A DNA stretch of 53,177 nucleotides, the filler included, from Catajapyx aquilonaris (Eukaryota), in assembly GCA_000934665.2 (NCBI GenBank). It is 3 parts of 3 records of this genome, joined end to end, with 100 filler letters (N's around TTAATTAATTAA, not from the genome) between each part and the next. Parts side by side here need not be neighbours in the genome. Positions count along the whole stretch, not along the records: positions 35,457 to 53,177 come from JYFJ02006903.1; 2 more parts are not named here. The stretch is one strand, 5' to 3'. A model generated the notes under the pieces. It was not told the DNA's origin. It did not search any database and saw nothing but the letters and a program-made list of their open reading frames with translations. Position 1 is the first letter of the stretch. Every line of letters begins with the position of its first letter. Below, piece by piece: positions 46,083 to 53,177 of the stretch. Made by a program: the position numbers and the translations under genes.

Positions 46083-47644
46083 GGCAGAATAAGAAATTAT
46101 GTAAGCCATTACTCAGGAATTGCGAAATATTACGTAATGTCTTCAGAATTTTAAAAATTAATATTCTGAAGACATGACGTCATATGATTACTTCATATGA
46201 TTATTTTAATGATTCCAGGAACGTAGAAGTGTCACAGTTGCATACTTACATATCCAACGACAGTGCTGCTATTGACACTGTATTTTGGGAGATTGATTTT
46301 CAGTCGACTTTTGAATTTCCTTCCTTGCTGGCATTACAGTCGTGTAATTAGGCCTACCCCATTCGGATAAATGTTTTACTCTATTTCCTGCTGACCTCAG
46401 TGATGAAGATTAAAAAGCCCTCTTATGTAACTGTATCATGATCGCATGCTTCCTATGGAGAGATCACGTTCACTGCTACAACCTGGGAGTTCCTGTGGGC
46501 TGACGGACTTTGTCCTTCCCGCCGGATGACCCCAGGTGACGAGTACCTGGTGAATGTCAAGAGCGACAATAGGGCCAACAATGCAGAAAGTGGAAGACTT
46601 ATTAATATTAAAAGTCGTGTCCGAGGGTGATTCTATGTGTGTGTTTATTAAAATGTGGTTTGTACTCTGACACTATTTGACAATTTATTAAAATGAGCCA
46701 GTCAAGGTTCAACTGACCCTGTTTCTTCGATGCAACACGTCAGATGCTCAGATCCGATCAGTTTGTCGTGGTGAGTGTACAGAGCAGGATCTCTCTTTGT
46801 TACATCGGTGTCAAGCAGTGTCAACGTGTGGCCCCAACGTATCACCAGGTAATTAGTGAACAGTTATTAATGAGGAAAAGACTCTTGAAGTGATAATGAC
46901 CTTTTTCTGATGTTGGCAAAATTTGAGTATGTTGTGGTCCATACTTGGTACCAGTCTGTAACAGTGTTTATTTGTACGACGTGGAATTAGTGCAAAACTA
47001 CAGGGTGTCAAATCTGCCCATTTGTACTAAAAATTGCTGTACGTACTTATTGGGCTCGATTAAGGTCAAGGCCAGATCTAGCATTTTATTACTACGTGTA
47101 TTTGAAACATATTCATCTTGGTCATACTCAAGCTGCTTTAAAAATCCAATAATATATTATTAAATATTCTGCCCAATTTTCTACTTATATTGATTAATTG
47201 GTCCCTATGCTTTACTTTCAATGACACTTAAAATGAGGTCAATATTTAAGTGAGATTCACGCAAAATTTAGTTGCCAAAAATTAAATCAAATTAAATGCC
47301 AGATGCGTCCAGTAAATGGAGTCATAATGGGACGTAAATTTTACGAATACTATTTGCTTCATACCTTCTATCCTATAGTCATGTTGCAACTATTGCTGAT
47401 GGTGCCTTCGACATATTTCATGAGGGGGCCCTTGTCCATCAGTGGATAGTGTTTGTTCAGGACTTCCGAGCGACTAAAATGGTACAACAAAAATCGGTAT
47501 TTTATTATTAACAGTTGCCCCAAATGATGACAATAATTGGCATATTGCAGCGACCCAAACAAACACTCTCCGATGATGGCAAAGAAGCATTCACAAGACG
47601 TATATTTTTTCATTTAATATTCTGAAGTGGGGCATCAAAGGGGG

Positions 47645-47943
47645 GTGGGGGGGTGGGTGGATTACCACCATTGGGATTTATCTTTGGAGCGTGTTAAGAT
47701 GGATCTTATTAGTGTACTCCAAAAGTGTGGGGGAGGGGATGTGCAAAGTGCAAGTGCAATGTCTCTAACAGTCATTTTGTGAACTCCCCCGGGTGGCTTA
47801 GTCTGTCGGAAATTGCCACCCGAAATGAAGCCAGAGATGGCCCAACTCTGCACGGATAAAGGTGGGAACCCCGGGTGGAGATTGAACCCGGGACCTTCAT
47901 ATCCGTGGGCGCACGCGTTACCGCGACGCCACTTCATTTCCCC
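47645..47943 (-). mobile_element. SINE with family-C head/body and family-A-like tail
   Basis: 47735-47943 matches 15350-15563; on - the 3' end reads AATGGTGGTAATCCACCC, like the family-A tail. Confidence 0.75.
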
Positions 47944-49329
47944 AAACTCTTTATAATTATTCAGGAACGCCAGCGCCATCATGGCTCTTATTCGCAGCAA
48001 TCCTTACCACCTGTACTGTAAATACAGTAGATCCAGAAAGGACACTTCAAATGAAAAGAGTTCAGGAGGAACTCGACGACGCGACGGCTTTACTATAATT
48101 ATACACTAAGCAGTAATAGAGGAAGTTGGCAAATGGCTCGCTCGTTAAAGAGTATCCGCAACGTAAAAAATCAATCGCGAAACACCAATGAAATCACTCA
48201 ACAAAATAAATCGAAATATTTTTTTTCTCAAAAATATTTGAGCTACAAAATGCTGCCATTGAATCGACCAGTCAGACCTCTACCCGTAGCTCTGTTGTCA
48301 ACATATAGGATCATGTAATGTCTCAGAGGAGTCATCATGGCTGGGCAGCCTCATTAGTGAGATAATAGATCATTTGCGATGTAGCGATTGGGCCTACGAG
48401 TGATTGTCAAATAGCACCAATCAATAGCATTTAGCCTCCTGTAGAAAGATCATTTTTTATCTTTTCAATTACTATCATATGAAGCAAAAATCAGTACAAC
48501 AAGCTGTTTTATGCCTGCCTCCAGAATATTAAATGAAGAAACCCAAATATATTGTCTTGTGAATGTTTCTTTGACATCATCGGCACTGTATTTGGTTAGG
48601 TGGCCGAAATTGGTACGTTAAGTGGTGGTTTGTGTCGATTCTGAATTGCAAAAAAAACCGCTTTCTATAAATGAGAGCGCTCCTTTCTCCTAGGAGTCCA
48701 CGGACCCACTCCTATACACCGGGCTGGGAGCGCTCCCTAATCCGTTGAGCCTTGTGTTTGATTCAAAGCAACTCCTAGGCAGATAGTCCGAAAATGTCAT
48801 GTTATATATCGTTCCAAAGCGTGTTTCAATCCGCATCTGCGGATATGTGCAAGTTGTTTTCATATCTTCTTTGTGTAATTTTTTATCCCAAAAAAAAGGC
48901 AGAGATGTGTCATTTTTTGATACGTTGCCGACGTTACGCTGAAACAGTATTTTTTATTCAACACTTACCGGAGGTAGCAAAGGTTTTTCTGTGAACCCTG
49001 CTGGATAGTGCAAATTGTTGTGTATCTAATCATATATTTGAAATTTAGATAATACCATTTGGGCAGTCATAATTAAGTATATTGCACGCCTGTGCTATCT
49101 CTGCCGTTTTTCCTCCGAATTACTCGGCGTATGGTTCGTTGGCATGCCAGAAATATGCGTGATAAAATTAAACAGCTATCCCCAAAATTAAGTTTTTCTC
49201 AGCCTCACTAAAATCTGCTTTTCTTGAAGGCAGAAAGGGTCTACCCAACTATTTTATAGTGAAATGAATTTGTACCAAGTTGTTCTGATGGTTTCACTGT
49301 ACAAAAATGGATTTTGGCGTGTGTATGCT

Positions 49330-51990
49330 ATTGTGCCTTCGGAAGATATTAGATGTCTTGTCTATTGCCCATCCGTGGGCAGCATTGTTATAATCCTCAG
49401 ACACTGGCGCAAAGGGACTAAAATGGCAGGAAAGCAATTTTTTGCTCTACATAGTTGACCCAAATGACGCCATTAATGGGCCAATTTCGGCATCCTAAAC
49501 AAACATGGCAATCTGTTCCACAGAGGCTAACTGTTGTTGTAAGTACAGTTGGGCAAGAAGGTTTCATACATATCTAAGCAACATGTTCAGTTGGAGAAAA
49601 GTGTAGTCTCGAACTTCCTGTCCAAACAGTGTGGATGATCGATGGCGATGGCCAAAGGTCAGTTTGGATATGGGCAGAGTAGGTTTTTTTTGCTGCGTTG
49701 GTCTTGCTTGTGCCAAGTTTGTCCAAGATATTTGCGGATGGGTAAGAGATAATTTTATTATTTTTGAAAATGCGGACGAATAATATGCTTGAGCAATTTT
49801 TACTCAGATATCGACTTGAATTTTAACTTTATGTCAGTAGTATTACACTCTTTCAACTGAAATATATATTGAGCTTAAGGCCAGAAAATCATTAACTACT
49901 AAGGACAGTTCGCTTGAAACACTGATGTGTACTTGCCAGGAAAGTGTTGTCAACGGGATTGTCAAATCAACGATTGAAATAGTTATATTATAGTGTATTA
50001 TAAAATAGGAATGATACATGAGTGTAAAGCCCATAAGACATAAGTGTAATTTTTTTTTGTAATTACCCCGTAATGACCGTGTAAGCTTATTTCAATAATA
50101 ATCTGGATCTGATATGGATGGATTGCCTGTCAAAAATATATTTATTTACAATCTTCATAGGATTGATATATTATAAAATTATTTACTGACATCCTTTGTT
50201 ACACCTTAGGCCTATCTAGAGCATAACTAACCCAGGTGAGCGTAGCGTCCTATATTTAGGATACGTGTACAGTTGTTATATTTTAAATAATATTATGTTC
50301 TTTATTTGCTCACAAAAAGAAAAATATTTCAAAATTGTCACAAAAAATAAATCGGGCTTATGTTGGTTAGTACAGCTTCACAGTTTATTAATTACCACAA
50401 TTACAGAATGATTTATAAGTAATAAACCAACGTAAATTTCAAAGTGAACACGTTTGACAAATTTAAAAGATTGGGACAGTGGGCTAATCACATTCACAAT
50501 TTTACTGAGCAGAGAAACCAAGCGGACAATGTTGCAATAACAAGCGAGCAAGTTAACACCGAGCTGTAAAATTGCACAGTTAACTTTCCCATATCAGAGA
50601 AGCAAGTCAATTTATAATACTTGAGTCCATAGTAGTCTACAGGAAAATAAGGAGATGGATCCCTTAGATTAATTAAGATTAATTAAAATAATCATTCCTG
50701 TGAGAATGGAATCGTTTTACTAACTGCCCGTATTATTTTAAGAAAAATATTTTGAACCCTTTATCTCGCTTGTGTAGTTGTGTTACTTCTCCAAAGAACA
50801 AGAGAATTCCACAACCCCAGCAACATATATATGGCAAGAAAAGCAACACTCCTCTCAGTTGGTCAAATCTTGCTTAGTTTCGTCCCTTTAGAATAACAAA
50901 CGAGGCAACCACTCAGCATTCAACTGACCTGTCCATCAAAGCTCTTTGTTCACTTAGGCCACTGTGACTGACTCATTGATCACATCCTTTCCTATTCATA
51001 GGCTTCCAATGGCAAGAAGGAACGTGTCGCCATTACCATGAACTATGCCTTTTTAGTAGACATTTTGATCTATACTTGCGTTTTAGTTTTGTAAATTCGT
51101 TTGCAGCAAATTCTGTTAGAGAAATCATTCTTTGATATCCTGAGGAAACAGTGTGGATAATCGATGGCCAAAGGTCAGTTTTGGACCTAATATGTGTAGG
51201 CCTACGAAGTGTTTAAACACCCTGCGCATAGTTAGTGTAGAGGGAAGAAACTGTTTCGAAAACTTTGAAATGACAAGAAATAGAACCAGAAAACCATTAT
51301 AACCAATAAGGACATTTTTCACGTACAACACTACTGTGTACTAACCGGGAAAGTATTGTCAAAAGCAATTGAAAATAGCTTTAAAATAATTATTTAATTT
51401 TATATATTTGACATGTAATTGAAAAAGAAAAATGCAGTTCCTACAAAGGCTAAGTTCAGTTGTAAGTATACAGTGGGGCAAGCATGTTTTCGCATATTTA
51501 GGCATCACATTCAGTTGGAGAAAAGTGGAATCTCGGATGTCCTAAGCAAACAGTGTGGATGATCGATGACCAAAAAGTCAGTTTGGACATTGGGAGGGTC
51601 ACAGTTCCAATCTGTTTTTTTGCTGCGGTGGGTGTTGTCTTGCTTTAGTCCAGTTCTTGCGTCCATATGGTCTGGATCAGAGGTTGGGTGGACGGTGTCG
51701 AGGGTTCGAGACATGGGTGACCATTCGGTTTGGCAGTGAATAAACGACAGGAGGGAGTGATCCATAATTATAAAGTGCGCCATAATCTACACAACGGTGT
51801 TAAGTGCTTATGTCAGCTTTTTCCAACCTTTTCGTTGACAGGTAAGAGATTGTTATTGTTGTTTCTATTACAGGAACCTGACTTTCCCTCAAGTCCTCAA
51901 TAGACTGGTGTAATCCAAAAATATTGATCGTGGATGGCCAGAAGGCCGGAATCATTTTAGTTAAATATAGTGTTCATTCTGTCCAAGATT
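49330..51990 (-). pseudogene. Further decayed, tandemly repeated IR-like remnants
   Basis: Repeated blocks 49540-49750 / 51145-51187 / 51455-51850 (QKKPTLPISKLTF..HTVW on -), and 50880-51065, a copy of 37910-38100 (GDTFLLAIGSL). Confidence 0.4.
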
Positions 51991-53177
51991 GAAATCAACA
52001 AGAAAGTGGACAATTGCCCATAATACAGTGTTTCTAAAATTTCCACACATCCTGTACTTGCACCAAACACTGTAATGATTCTCCTTCAATCATTCTCTTC
52101 TGTACAAATTGCACTCCAATTTTAAGGGAGAGAGATATTCAAGCAAAATCATATTGGTCTCTAATCTCTATTGATCACTGCTTGAATATTGAAATAAGAT
52201 GTCTTCTATATGAAGAGCAATGACTGAAAGGTATGCCACTTTATTGACGTTTTTATTCATTACGGTACATCTTCATTTGTTCATAAAGAGTAAAATAGGT
52301 AAGAATAATTTCACAATAGATTTATAAATCAGGCTTTTCTGGTTTAATACAGATTTACAGGTTATTAATATATTGTCACAATTACTGAAACAATAACAAG
52401 AACACCAACAAAAAAGAGAGTATGCCAATATAATATAAAACACAATATTTTTAATGAACCAAGATAAATTTTGAAATGAAAATGTAAATGGCATATTTAG
52501 GAGACGGGAACATATTGAAGTTTTGACTGAGCAGAGAAACGAAATGTGCAATATATTACAGGTGACCAAGTGAAGCCATACATTTAATATTGCAAAAGCT
52601 TACATTCCGCTTAAGTAAAGCTAAATATATAACAATATAACAAATAAAATAACAATGAAACAACATGGTATTCAACATAAATAAATAAATAGATAAAAAT
52701 AATTTCCGTCAAATACAGTGCAGTACAGTAGATGTTATTAACAAAGTATTGCAAATCTTTTTCAACACCAACTACTGTAGATGAATTCACATGTTTACAT
52801 TGAGTGTTTTATGTCGTGTGGGTCTTATTAGGGGAACATTAGAGTGCAGTGTTGTGATACTGACGGTTGTGTGTCAAAGCTAACAATCTGGTTGTGTCTC
52901 GTTCTCTTTGCACGGATTGTTTATGATGTGAGTGTTATTGTTGGCTACATGCTGACTATACACCTGTATGGAGTTCAAGAACGAAAAGAATGAGACAAAA
53001 AGTACAAATTTCAAGCTTTGATATTAGAGCTAAAAATAGACCCTATTGCCTATAAAAGAATTATCTACACTAATTCTTATGAGAATATAATCGACAAGCG
53101 TCTGTTTTACGGGCTCATTCGATTATTTTTGAGCAAATTATTTTTAGCGCATTTCCCTTGTATGACTTCTCCTATGA

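Overview
Eukaryotic genomic DNA, most likely from an arthropod (spliceosomal introns, tRNA-derived SINEs, divergent ionotropic receptors). The window is three contigs joined by artificial 100-bp spacers (44N-TTAATTAATTAA-44N at 17635-17734 and 35357-35456). Contig 1 carries an intact 4-exon UDP-glycosyltransferase (+), an intact 4-exon mitochondrial cysteine desulfurase NFS1 (-), and the 5' exons of a divergently transcribed F-box/LRR gene (+). An array of GGTTCACTC motifs lies between the last two. Contig 2 starts with a decayed Helentron/Helitron2-type Rep-PIF1 helicase transposase. Its reading frame can be rebuilt by removing 3 introns (one GC-AG) and 2 MITEs, correcting a frameshift and a nonsense codon, and flipping an inverted 5' segment. 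The rest of contig 2 is nested MITEs, foldback palindromes and SINEs. Contig 3 is a minus-strand cluster of intronless divergent ionotropic receptor (IR) genes in stages of decay, with LTR-like insertions. I see no prokaryotic system or CRISPR array. The most notable items are the intron-containing Helentron-type element, modular SINE head/tail shuffling, a spacer-less ~310-bp palindrome, and the IR birth-and-death cluster. All calls come from reading the sequence by eye, without database searches.
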